From positions 169,249 to 233,248 of the forward strand of contig NMRA01000477.1 in assembly GCA_002633005.1 (NCBI GenBank): a stretch of DNA of 64,000 nucleotides, in the 5' to 3' direction. This document shows positions 30,101 to 39,500 of the stretch, one piece after another (position 1 is the first letter of the stretch; each line of letters opens with the position of its first letter). The notes under the pieces are model-generated. The model did not search any database. It saw only the letters and a list, made by a program, of their open reading frames with translations, and was not told the DNA's origin. The DNA is from Phoronis australis. Taxonomy: Eukaryota; Animalia; Phoronida. The position numbers were made by a program, and so were the translations under genes.

Positions 30101-32976
30101 GGACTGAAGAGACATGTTTCTAACTACAAACTGTTATAAGAAATAAATGATTTGATTAAGAATGTGGTCTAGATAGAGAGCTCCACAAGAAATTAACCTG
30201 TTGGTGTACATGATCCAGACAAAGCTTAGAAATACGTAATACAAAGAGTGTTGCTTGGCCTGAGGAGAGAAAATCTATGGTTCTTTTTGGAAATTAAGCC
30301 TATAACAGTTTCACAGGCCTTTTTGTCTCCAAACATGGTTTACACAAATGACATTGCGAGTTATATCTATTCACATTTCTCTTTGATAAAAAGTTTGATG
30401 TAGTTGATATTGTGCCCAACAGGAGTTAGCTCCGCCACTGTCTACCGGCGCCATCATTGGAATTGTTGTTGTCTGCATTTTGGTGCTAGTTGGAGCTGTT
30501 CTATTGGTGTCCCTGGTTTTACATAGGAAGTTGAAGAAAGGTAATAATTAATAGACTTTTCAAATCTTTATATGTAACGCCATAGTGAAGTGGAGAGAAT
30601 ATCCCAATGCAAAATATAATCTCCATCTTGAATTGCCCATAACTGCACAAAGTTATCAGTTATAATGTAATACCTGCATGTTTTCCCATTCTTCCTAATA
30701 CAGATTGTTTCCAAAAATGTTAACAAAATATTCTGTATTACGAGTACCCTGGAATGGTTTTACTGGGAACTAATGGGCGGGATGTTTTTTATTGCAGATT
30801 TTTTATACAATGCATACTGGTTAGGAAAAGTGCTGCACTTGATTCTTTTTGCAGAAAACAAAAATAAAATAGTTTCAGTGGCAAATGCAATCGGTTCTGA
30901 AGCTGCAGCGCAGGACTTTTCAACAAAGCTGATACGTCAAGGTAGAGAACAATTAACAACATTGTTTCTTTGTTTTTTTTACAATGGGAATTTTGTTCAG
31001 TTTGAACAAATTCAAGGAGAAATGCTTGTTCTGCAGAGCATGTGAAGACTGTAAAAGAGTCTCTTGTTCAGAGTTTGAAAAGTCCATTCATGTTTTTTGC
31101 AATTAGAATACGAAAAACACCATTGGTTCCTAGTGAAACCCATTTTCTGGTATTATATTTCACGGTATTTTAACATTTGCGATATTTTGACACCTCTGAA
31201 TTTGCCCATTCTGATATGGAATAGAAGTGCGCGGAAGGTGTATTTAAATTTCTTTGGAAGGTCCCTTAAAACGGTTTGACATAGTTCACCAAAAAGCTGT
31301 ATAGCCACCGTTGTTTAACGGCGTTGACCAACTTATAAAACATTTGAATACGATTTTTATTTCGAACAACAGATTATTAATTTGAAAAATGTTGATTTTG
31401 TAGTTTTTGTTACTTTGACATTTAATAATTGCACGCGACATCAGATTTCAAAATGATATGAAAAACCATAGGCAAACCCAATTGTATGCATTAGGTGTGA
31501 CTTTAAAGAAAAAACTCCTTTTCTTACTAATGGATTGTTCATGTCTGATTATCGCTTATTTCACAATCCAAACATAACAAAATCACATCAGAGCAATTGT
31601 GATTTTGAAGCTAAGCCACGTTTAAGAAAGTCAAAATTGCTTAATGTGGCGCTCTCAAAAACTAAGCCTGTGACCCTTTATTTTGTCATTGAAAACATGG
31701 TGGGCATCAAAATAAAACAAAAACATAAATGTATATTAATGTCAGTTTTTGTGTAGAAGCCCAAACACTAAAATTTAAGGTACTAAAAATCGGGAAAAAT
31801 GCATACTTATACTGACGTGCAAGGTCAGTGAAAGTTCTTTGTGAACCCAGCTGCTCTTAAGTCATACAACTGTCCTAGTTGGAGTGTGCTTAACAAAGGA
31901 TTTATGGTCCTGGCTGAGAAGATAATTCTTTTATTACTTCCCATGGATTTTGAATAGCCAAGCCCGGAATTATGCTGAACTTTTATGGTTTAGCAGTGAG
32001 GTCGAGTGGGATTTGAACCTGAATGTGGTCTTTTTTGAGAAGCGTGTGCTCTATCATAATGTCTCAGTTCTCGTCTGTAAGATAAGCAAGTGGGTTTTCC
32101 TTAACTGTCTCTACTGACCACTTTGTTTGTTAAGATATAATGATTCAGTAGCGCACCCTTTTGGATCTTCTGGTTTGCATTTTTGCCTAAGTGTAATTCT
32201 CTTAATCATAATCCATGCGTACATTTTCCTTTCTGGTTTCAGTCAAAGTTTTTGCCTTTGAAGACGGAAACTATGCGTCATACGACTACCCACCCTCTAA
32301 AAAAGGAAACAAGCACATTAGCCACCCCTCTGCTCCAGGCAAGAGCATCGAGGCCTCAGAGTCTACTCTATCGTCTGCCACAACGTCGAGTTGTCACTCT
32401 GAAGATGAAAAACATCCAATCTTTGACCTTTCCAAAACAGAACAGCCCCAAGTGAAGGTAGCAGTGCTTCAGTTCCCAGGGAAGATCAAGTCACCTGTCA
32501 TGCCTGTTCAAAAGACCATGCCAATATACAATGACTTTGATGACCTCCACGTGTCAGTGAAGTCAAGCTTGAACGCCGACACCATTTCCAATGGCACCCA
32601 ACCCAGACCGTCAATCGATGAATCCGTTTCCCCTGTTGTGCTTGCTGATGTTGACAAAACTTTAGGAAACGACGAGGACGAATCGAGTTTCAGAGTTGTC
32701 CAACTCTTGCCACCACCCAATGAACCCTGTAGTGTTGCTGTCCAGTCTGGCACTGTGATAGCGTCAGAGGAACAGGACCTACCTCTGCCAGGCACCCCAG
32801 AAATACCTTTTACTGATCCGGTTGATTCGAAATTGAAGAGCTCGGATTTTCCAGCGATACTAGAAACCCCTGAATTACCAGTTAGAGAAAAGCATATAAA
32901 GTCAAGTAAACAAGATAAGACTGTTGGTAAGAAAAAGAAGACCGGCAAGTCTGACTTTGTTTATAGCATGGACTGA
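1..32976 (+). CDS. PKHD1L1: Fibrocystin-L / PKHD1L1-like giant single-pass membrane protein, 5'-partial multi-exon gene
   Basis: Phase-consistent GT-AG exons: <1-158, 510-1496, 2398-2541, 3579-3756, 4142-4298, 4984-5143, 5563-5639, 6773-6902, 7331-7702, 8423-8539, 10044-11389, 11986-12145, 13042-13275 (duplicate copy 13591-13847, 14467-14626, 15428-15661), 17100-17357, 18495-18743, 19339-19491, 20236-20469, 20750-21102, 21419-21656, 22164-22268, 22507-22666, 24005-24240, 24886-25137, 26123-26976, 27606-27986, 28311-28521, 29144-29335, 29746-29936, 30423-30540, 30855-30941, 32243-32976. Recognisable IPT/TIG repeats, G8 domains, and motifs GQAFRLGRYPIHFH, AEVGLLTRN, DCVDMDCD and LINGPQDHGWCG typical of PKHD1L1. 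Confidence 0.93.
510..1496 (+). CDS. PKHD1L1: PKHD1L1-like exon, several IPT/TIG repeats
   Basis: AG 508-509, GT 1497; repeats such as GSQQGGLLLTVVGGGF and P-x-SG-x-IGDTITISG. Confidence 0.92.
2398..2541 (+). CDS. PKHD1L1: PKHD1L1-like exon (TIG repeat GSFGGGQVLTITGSGF)
   Basis: Splice signals and phase continuity; not in the ORF track. Confidence 0.88.
3579..3756 (+). CDS. PKHD1L1: PKHD1L1-like exon (TIG repeat PKRGGTMGGTSVTIKGSGF)
   Basis: Splice signals, TIG motif. Confidence 0.9.
4142..4298 (+). CDS. PKHD1L1: PKHD1L1-like exon (end of last TIG repeat)
   Basis: VDIAGSPCVVSASSATEIVCVT; AG/GT flanks. Confidence 0.88.
4984..5143 (+). CDS. PKHD1L1: PKHD1L1-like exon, start of first G8 domain
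   Basis: YIDRWSSVFTWGG...GDLVVIPKGEVILLD. Confidence 0.9.
5563..5639 (+). CDS. PKHD1L1: PKHD1L1-like exon (G8)
   Basis: GSLIFDEVDVQLNAEIILVNKGGLLQ; AG/GT flanks. Confidence 0.87.
6773..6902 (+). CDS. PKHD1L1: PKHD1L1-like exon (G8)
   Basis: VGTVSEPFQHKATIMLHG...YGTKVLAVREGRLELHG. Confidence 0.9.
7331..7702 (+). CDS. PKHD1L1: PKHD1L1-like exon
   Basis: WQVGDEIVIATT...RAEVGLLTRNVVVRG. Confidence 0.92.
8423..8539 (+). CDS. PKHD1L1: PKHD1L1-like exon
   Basis: GQFATQTCFQGRFGAEMGSDMFGGHI. Confidence 0.9.
8839..9340. mobile_element. 502-bp MITE (hAT-like termini) with 6-bp TSD
   Basis: TIR CA(A/G)GGCTTGGAAT at both ends; GATATA at 8833-8838 and 9341-9346; subterminal CGCGGAAAC/GTTTCCGCG. Confidence 0.8.
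10044..11389 (+). CDS. PKHD1L1: PKHD1L1-like large exon, parallel beta-helix (PbH1) region
   Basis: GQAFRLGRYPIHFH, FLEDGIETGN, PAAFWATNPDN. Confidence 0.93.
11986..12145 (+). CDS. PKHD1L1: PKHD1L1-like exon (copy 1)
   Basis: PSDYIIIEQP...HGDWFYD; duplicated at 14467-14626. Confidence 0.8.
13042..13275 (+). CDS. PKHD1L1: PKHD1L1-like exon (copy 1), RSKR site and start of second G8
   Basis: RCFYKDC...YWSDVSIW...PVDGDDVVIPE; duplicated at 15428-15661. Confidence 0.8.
13362..13473. mobile_element. Terminus of a Kolobok-like element inserted at TTAA, running into the N gap
   Basis: TTAA|AGGCGAATGCCACCCGATTTAAT... matches the reverse complement of the right end of the element at 61764-63463. 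Confidence 0.8.
13591..15751 (+). repeat. Near-identical second copy of 11133-13361 (part of one exon plus two full exons), directly after N gap 13474-13590
   Basis: Direct comparison: colinear, with scattered SNPs and intronic indels; probably an uncollapsed haplotype. Confidence 0.9.
17100..17357 (+). CDS. PKHD1L1: PKHD1L1-like exon (second G8)
   Basis: KWVIADVD...YLIIIGGRLVVGWEDKPFTG. Confidence 0.9.
18495..18743 (+). CDS. PKHD1L1: PKHD1L1-like exon
   Basis: FGGLDLHG...VDWTIGEEISLASTSYSAWETE. Confidence 0.9.
19339..19491 (+). CDS. PKHD1L1: PKHD1L1-like exon
   Basis: AAEVGLLTRNIRVEG...ESYGARLVVG; acceptor chosen by phase and somewhat uncertain. Confidence 0.82.
20236..20469 (+). CDS. PKHD1L1: PKHD1L1-like exon
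   Basis: GYARIQNVQFFNTGQEG...DPRYSVAF...CSFHNGFSPAIG. Confidence 0.92.
20750..21102 (+). CDS. PKHD1L1: PKHD1L1-like exon (PbH1)
   Basis: GNVVAGAERVGY...GNVAHS. Confidence 0.9.
21419..21656 (+). CDS. PKHD1L1: PKHD1L1-like exon
   Basis: LVDNQVGV...GPAALSH...DSLIVG. Confidence 0.9.
22164..22268 (+). CDS. PKHD1L1: PKHD1L1-like exon
   Basis: FMSGGNGAPEKSWKGVMSYPAIGG. Confidence 0.85.
22507..22666 (+). CDS. PKHD1L1: PKHD1L1-like exon
   Basis: GVTFAKFGTRCG...TNPSSDDAQHP. Confidence 0.9.
22775..22918. repeat. Intronic minisatellite, 3 x 48 bp perfect
   Basis: Unit TACTGTACTCTTGTGATTGGCCTGTATGGGATGTACTGTAGTGGTAGA. Confidence 0.95.
24005..24240 (+). CDS. PKHD1L1: PKHD1L1-like exon
   Basis: INPSDCVDMDCDALKK...RGLGNYRIP. 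Confidence 0.93.
24886..25137 (+). CDS. PKHD1L1: PKHD1L1-like exon
   Basis: IESLDKDTETRRLSPVA...DLINGPQDHGWCGHYTC. Confidence 0.93.
26123..26976 (+). CDS. PKHD1L1: PKHD1L1-like exon containing an RRRR convertase site
   Basis: DDFFGDNLVANLAAFFDIPPSKIRIVNVV..TRRRRS; QPKLR. Confidence 0.92.
27606..27986 (+). CDS. PKHD1L1: PKHD1L1-like exon
   Basis: GWANFTDLAISHSG motif. Confidence 0.9.
28311..28521 (+). CDS. PKHD1L1: PKHD1L1-like exon
   Basis: AYFTDLSIN; AG/GT flanks, phase continuity. Confidence 0.85.
28929..29028. mobile_element. Short fold-back MITE remnant
   Basis: CTGGGTCCCTGTTTCA ... TGAAACTGACCCCAG imperfect inverted ends. Confidence 0.45.
29144..29335 (+). CDS. PKHD1L1: PKHD1L1-like exon (SEA-like, first half)
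   Basis: VELKFDANYD...FALAP; AG/GT flanks. Confidence 0.83.
29746..29936 (+). CDS. PKHD1L1: PKHD1L1-like exon (SEA-like GSIVV half)
   Basis: GSIVVKFDV...; AG/GT flanks. Confidence 0.83.
30423..30540 (+). CDS. PKHD1L1: Transmembrane-helix exon
   Basis: GAIIGIVVVCILVLVGAVLLVSLVLHRKLKK: hydrophobic run followed by a basic stop-transfer sequence. Confidence 0.9.
30855..30941 (+). CDS. PKHD1L1: Cytoplasmic-tail exon
   Basis: 87-nt phase 1-1 exon, ENKNKIVSV...IRQ. Confidence 0.7.
32243..32976 (+). CDS. PKHD1L1: Terminal exon: acidic, Ser/Pro-rich cytoplasmic tail
   Basis: Pyrimidine tract + AG at 32241-32242, phase 1 matches upstream, 244 codons to TGA. Confidence 0.8.
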
Positions 32977-33097
32977 GGTGTTTCATCTACTGAGTAATAA
33001 CAGGTTTCAGTATAGCATGGACTGAAGTGTTTCATCTACTGAGTAATAACATGTTTACAGCATGGACTGAGGTGTTTCATCCAATGAGTAATAACAG
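32962..33097 (+). repeat. 3 imperfect copies of a ~46-49 bp unit that includes the stop codon
   Basis: AGCATGGACTGA(G/A)GTGTTTCATC..TGAGTAATAACA repeated three times. Confidence 0.9.
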
Positions 33098-33955
33098 CTG
33101 CTTGCATTACTTGTATTGATGATAGTAAGTATTCTGTGATTGTCTGTTGAATAGAATAATTTATTTACACTTTTGACAGACACATTGTAAAGACAGCTGG
33201 TCATGGTAATTCAATAGATGTGCGTTGTTGATACATATTGGGTTTGAAACCCAGTTAATGTGATATTATTCTTAGAAAAGTTCAGTCACGTGGCATTAGG
33301 CGTTTTCACTTGCTCACAACTTGTTCGATTCTATAGCCCAACAATAAGTTGGAAAAATGACCCCCTGTAGCCAATGTCTTACATGACTGATTAACTCCAT
33401 TCTGGCAGCTCTCTTTTGTTCTATAATTGCTATAATCTCCAATAAGATGGTAAAGATCCCAGTAGAGTGACTGGGCTGTGCTGTTACAAATAGAAGTTAA
33501 GTTATAACATATTTGAACATAAACCAGAAGTATCTCTGAAATCCTCGTCAAATGGTGGTAATGTTTAGTTTTTGAATCGCCAAGGTAGCCCAACTACAAC
33601 AGACGTTACGACAATCTATGCTTTCCCAATGCTCTGGGTTTGACCTGTGTTCATGCCTGGTCTGTAATAAGCCTTGTAGATAATTGGCCTGCATGTTGTC
33701 ATATCAGATAAAAACTGTGCTTGGCAGTTAACAAAGAAGCTAGATGTTAGCACAGGCTCACACTCTTCTAGGTCTGGTAAAGTAACTGAATGGGAAAACG
33801 CCGTCATAGGTTCTGTTCTCTTGAGTCTGTAGTGTTGCTGTACTCCTATATTGTTTTGATACTTGATGCGGAAGTAATGTTTTTAAAGTAAATGTCATAG
33901 TTTTATAAATTGGTCATTTCCTGGAATTTGTTATTTTTGATATATAACCCTTGAC

Positions 33956-33961
33956 AATAAA
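33956..33961 (+). promoter_or_regulatory. Candidate polyadenylation signal of the PKHD1L1-like gene
   Basis: AATAAA about 1 kb after the stop; other hexamers exist near 34.6-34.7 kb. Confidence 0.35.
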
Positions 33962-36547
33962 TTTTACATCTAATTTTTGTAGCAGTACAATCATATCAAG
34001 TACTCTGTGCCACAACGCTGGTCATTTCTTACAACCAAAAGGGAAAATATGTACGTTTTATTAACTAAGTATTGTAATGAATGTATTGGTATCTATGTAT
34101 TACTGTGTATGACAAAAGCATTTGATTTTGCACGAAGGTACATGTGTCCTTAGCATCTCTAAAGAGTTATTAAACAAGCGTTTGTTACTTAACTGTATTT
34201 CACACCTTGGCTTGCCATTCTCTTGCCTAATCCATTGCTTTGTGTTTGGACCTCAAGTGCACTGAGAGTTGTGGTATGAATACACTGTGGTCCTTATTTC
34301 CCCTAATCTAGACCCTTGTGAGATTTCAAGAACTTGTCCCCCAATACCAGCTCCAACTCTCAGGTGAGATCTGTCTCGGGAAATAACAGCTTACCATGAA
34401 AGGATGAAATATTTGTTGTGTTTTGTGACGCTATGAATGTATAACATTGGAGAGTATTAGCTTCGATTTTCAACATTACCAGAGAGTGACAGTTTGTAAA
34501 TTTTTAATTGATAACAGTGGTTTCAGTTTTATGACCAGCCAGTGTGACTGTATGTGTGACTCTATTTGAACTTTTGTATTGTTTTGTCTCCCTATTAAAG
34601 GTATAATTTTCCAAACATGTACTTGTTTTTGAAAGTGTTTGCTAAAACACATACAAATTTACATAGGACCTTGTCGACCAGTCCTTATTAAGACAAATAA
34701 CTGCAATAAATTTTAACCGGATAAAAGTCTTTATTTTCTGAAAGCAGAAAGCTTGCAGAACTCGATTATTGAATTTTTTTTCAATTTGGTATTAATTAGG
34801 TCAATGTTTTTTTTATTAAAATTTAGTGAAAAATGAATGTACATCCATAGCAGAAAAAATCTTTTAATAATATTTGACTGTTCAAGATGAAATCCCCGAA
34901 ACGTTGTTACGGTTTTCTAAATTATCATTAACATTTCGCTTAACACAACTTTTTCATGAAAATCATAAAGTCTAGTTTATGACAGCCTTCCTACAAAAAT
35001 GGAACATTTTAAATACAATTCATAACACCGCAGTAAAGAACACTTCATTAAGCATTGTATCTGTAGTTTGAATCCGATCACCTATTTCTGGGATATGGTG
35101 CTCCCAAGTTGCCCAAATTTTAACATTTTTCGAGCGTCCGTAATCGTAACCTCGTGTGTGTGAACGATCTCAGTTCGGCAGGTTCAAAAGCTGAGCTGTA
35201 GAAGTTTAAAAAGAGGCTTCGTGAGTATTTTCACTTTGCGATTTTACTTTAACGTTTTTAGCCTGCCTCTTTCATGGGTGTACTTTTTAAGTGTAAAAAC
35301 GTGTTAAAGTTGCACATTTTCGATAAATTTACGAATTTGGCGAGATATTCCGGTTGCAGAACACTAAACATGGCAGTGAAAGAGAATCTGGCCGCGTGCT
35401 TCGCTTGTGCTCCATAGTAACATTTCCCAAAGACTTGCGTTGTCTGGCCTATCTTACAAGAAAACTTCCTCTATCCGATGAACGGTAGGATTGTTTTAGC
35501 TTGCAGCCATGTAAATGACAACAATACCCCTGCCAAATCAAAAGTTGCACCTCATTGTATCGATTCGCTGAAAGCAGGTCGTCAGTAGCTTCGTTATACC
35601 TTGAATAACTAGGTTGATATAGGGACGTGCACCCATCTCGGTTATTTTGCCTTTTCGGGTTTCGTCTCTAGTCAGTGGGTATTTTGACCTTTCCGGTATC
35701 GCCTCCATTGATATTTCAGCTTCTAGTCACCGTGTCAGGCCGGTACAGGTAAGAATTGGGAGCGGGTGGAATTCTCGGTATTGACTGGGGTAAACATTTT
35801 CGGAGAGGTATAAGGTGTTATGGATTTTGCCATTTGCGCCGAGAATCCCTACCCATTATATAGAAGACAGCACAGACTTTTGGATTTCCTTACTCAGTCG
35901 GCGAATCGACTTGATTTCGATCGGAAGGCCAAATGGCACAAGGTCAAAGCTTGAGTAATCCTGAATATTCATGATAAGATTTTCTACAATAGTCTTTGGG
36001 ATGCTGCGAACCTATTTCAGATGTTTATGCAACTATTTGGACTAAATGTAATTAATTTTTNACTACTGTGAATTGCGCGTTTGTGCTTGTTTAGTGGACT
36101 TTTGTCACATTCTCTCGGCCTTTTTGTTTCTCGGATGGAGGCGGACCTTTTTGCTCACTTCGCCAAATTGGGGGCTCATTCGAGCCCCCCGAGCCCCCTT
36201 GGGTGCGCGCATGGGTAAGGCAAGTTAGTTGTGAATTAGGCGGGATCACGCTAGTCAAAAGTTGATGTTTCCCGTCAAGTAATCTCATGAACGAAGAGTT
36301 GGCAGTATGGCTGCCACTAAAGTGATAAGACAGTTTGGCCAGACTCTTAAGTTACGACAGAACACTAGATGTCCGTTCTACAAACCTCAATCTCCTCAAG
36401 AGTCTAATGGGCGACTAGCGTTCTACGGAACGCGACCATAGGGTGCACGCACCAGGTTGGAGACGCGCGAAAACATCTTAGCGTCATAAGCACCTGTAGT
36501 CTTGTACACCAACTGAAAGTTCCCTTATTGAAGTACTTTCGCGGTAG

Positions 36548-39500
36548 TTATTCCAATTTATCTATTTTACAATACTTATTATCGTGGTTACGAAATATAA
36601 CGACTTTCCTTGTACGCGGGAAAGCGCTAGGGCTTCAAATTGGAATGTAAGCCCGTGCATTTTCAATGGTTCAAGAAGTGCGCCATTTCTCCATGGAGTT
36701 ATATGAAGTATGTACGTACCAGATCGAATATTGTCCCAATGGATTGTGATGTATCTATCTCTGTCCTCTCGTGCCTGCTCATGGTAGAAGCCAAGAGCGT
36801 GCATCATCTCGTGAAGAACGGTGCCGAAGGAATTGAAGCAGCCAGAGTCCAAGTTGATCTTCTGAGATCGGCCACTTCTTCCGACGTTGGCAAAACAGCT
36901 AAAATGACAGTGTGCTGATCACAAAGACAATGTCGTCTTTAATGTAGGACCTTGGGACATTTTTGTGTATCTACACAAACAACTGAAACACTAAAGATTT
37001 TAACTCGGTTAAAGAATAAATTTTCGGAAAGTAAGAAGCCAGTCAAATTTGATTTTTGACTTTATGCCAGTCAACCCGTTAATAACTTCTCCACTTTTTA
37101 GTAAAGGCATCAAGAAGAAAGGTAGACCCATAGCAAAGTTATGGTACCAATAATGTAACACATTATTTGTCTTTAATATAAATATACAACATGAAATTTC
37201 AACAATACTGCTACCGTTTTCTAAATTTAGATTTCGTCAGTTTTCCTTTCATGTGAGTTATGAGTTTTTTCATTAATATCATAACATTCCTGTTTTTGAA
37301 ATCCTTCATATAAAAGTGGGACATTTTAAAAACAATTTCTCTTGGATAACAGTTCATTAAGCATAAAATATCTGAAAGTTTGAGATGAAGCCGATCAGCC
37401 AATTCTGAGATATGATGTTTCGAACTGAAGTTAGCCAAATTCGGATTTTTCTACGGTAATACATAACCTTAAAATCCTCCTTGCAAACCATTCACTGTTT
37501 AAGAGTCTAGTGAAAGTGGTGTTAATGGGGCTAGTGAAATTATATCATAAACAGGTGGGATACAGGATTTTTCAAAAGGGGGTACAAGTCGACAATTTGA
37601 AAATTCTAGAAATGTCATCACTAAAACCAATGGAAAAAGGGCTCCAGAGCCCATTGAATTCCCCCTGGATCCGCCTATGATAAATAACATATCAACTGCT
37701 TAAATTTTTAAAATGAGCTTATTTACAGGTTGCCGTTACGAAGCCCACCGCTAAGAACAGAACGCATCAGAACTGTGCGTCACTAACCAACACAAAAACA
37801 TGATACAGTGAGAGAGGACCATTATGATGAGCATGCGCAGATGGAACTACTCCGCAGTGGCAGATTCCGACAACCAATACGAAGATGAAGAATTACAGAC
37901 CCATCGGTTTCAAGGGAGTCATTTCGACTGAAAAGCTATGATCGAACAATGCATTCAACTACGGCTGGCTCACTTCAGCGTTGGCTTCCTGAGATGTAAC
38001 GTGAGTCCACGTGACAACTTTCCCGCGCATTTTAAAAGTAAGTAATTTTACATTGCGTTTTCTAGCGCTTTGTGGACTTAACACCAATTATTGTACGTAA
38101 TATTGCTCGTAAATAATTAACTATATCTTTATTACGTTGCTTAATGACCAAAATGCAGTCCGAAATTTATTTTAGAAAACCTCAACAACAAATTGACTTC
38201 AAATGAGCTTGCACGTTCACTAGTAGTTTATCCACGTTTACACAATTTCGCCCTATACCACTGTCGTATAATACGACTAGTCGGATCTAAAAAGTCGTAT
38301 ATTGTGCCCGACAAACGGAATACGTAGACGGTGGTCCAAATGTCGGGTACATCGGAAGTCATGAAAGTAGTTCATTTTTGGTAGAAAGTAGCTTTAAACG
38401 GCTACTAAACAAGACATATCTCCAGCGAGGGTAAACAAGTGATTCGTCAATACGGGGGTTCCGAGATGAACAGTGCTTGGGCCGCAGCTGTTTCGTCCCT
38501 GATAAAATGATTTGTAGATGTCAGCAGTATGGTGATGACACCTCAATAAAAACACAAAAAAGATTTCCGGGAGTCTCCCGCCAACTCCAGTTTGACCTTG
38601 AACGACTTTGTTGATGTTCCAGTAGGAGTCGAGGACGTTCTTCAAAGATTCTATATGTTTTTTATATTAAAATATCATTTGTTCATCAAACAGCCGCGGT
38701 GTTGTATTGGCCCGGTTACCAAGTTTGCCTTTAAATGGCAGGTTGTTGCTTGCTTTACCAGCTTACAATCAGTTTCAGAAAGTGACAAACACATTGGTGT
38801 CATTCTTCATACCAGACTGGCTTTCTATACCCTTTACATAGAGCTTTTAATAAAAGAACAAGACTTTTAAAACGCTAAGCCAGAAATCTCTTCAGATCCT
38901 CTGAGGAAGGAATAAGTTGAGAACATTTTCAAAGTAGCAAGCAGTCTAAATTTCAGGACGGCGCGTGGGTTTGTAGCCCCTTTTTAAAAATCCTTTAAGG
39001 CTTCGTCAATGAAAGTGTCAGGCGAATACCATGGATTCCTCCACAATTCTTTCTTTTTGTTGCCACTCAAATGTGCTGACGTTCTCTATAACAGTACCAA
39101 CAGTACAACGCTCTTCCATCCTGACAAGCTCCAGCACCAAGCTGCACTGTCAATCTCCGATGTAATAAAAAAGCTCTAGCAAATCTAACACATTCGAATT
39201 TTAACAGCTTGTCTGATTCCGCTATGAGAAAGACACTTACAAGGTCCTCCGCAGTGTAAACAGTCAATCTAATTTAGCCCTGTTTAACATTAATAGAAGA
39301 ACAAAACGTTGACTGAATCCACTGTTGTGAATTACTGGTTCTCCATAATTTGTGGCACTCGTTTCCTAAACATCCGGGCACTCAATACCTGTCTTTACAA
39401 TAATACAATTGCTCAGCCTTCATCACCTCAGCTCTAAAGATTAAGTGTACGGAGTATTTGGTCTCCAACTTCGCAGCTATTTTACATACACAAAATACAT

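Noticed and set aside
35020-35200. Minus-strand GYDYG stretch as the missing last astacin exon
   Set aside because: No SxMHY follows, and an in-frame stop lies between it and the nearest acceptor.
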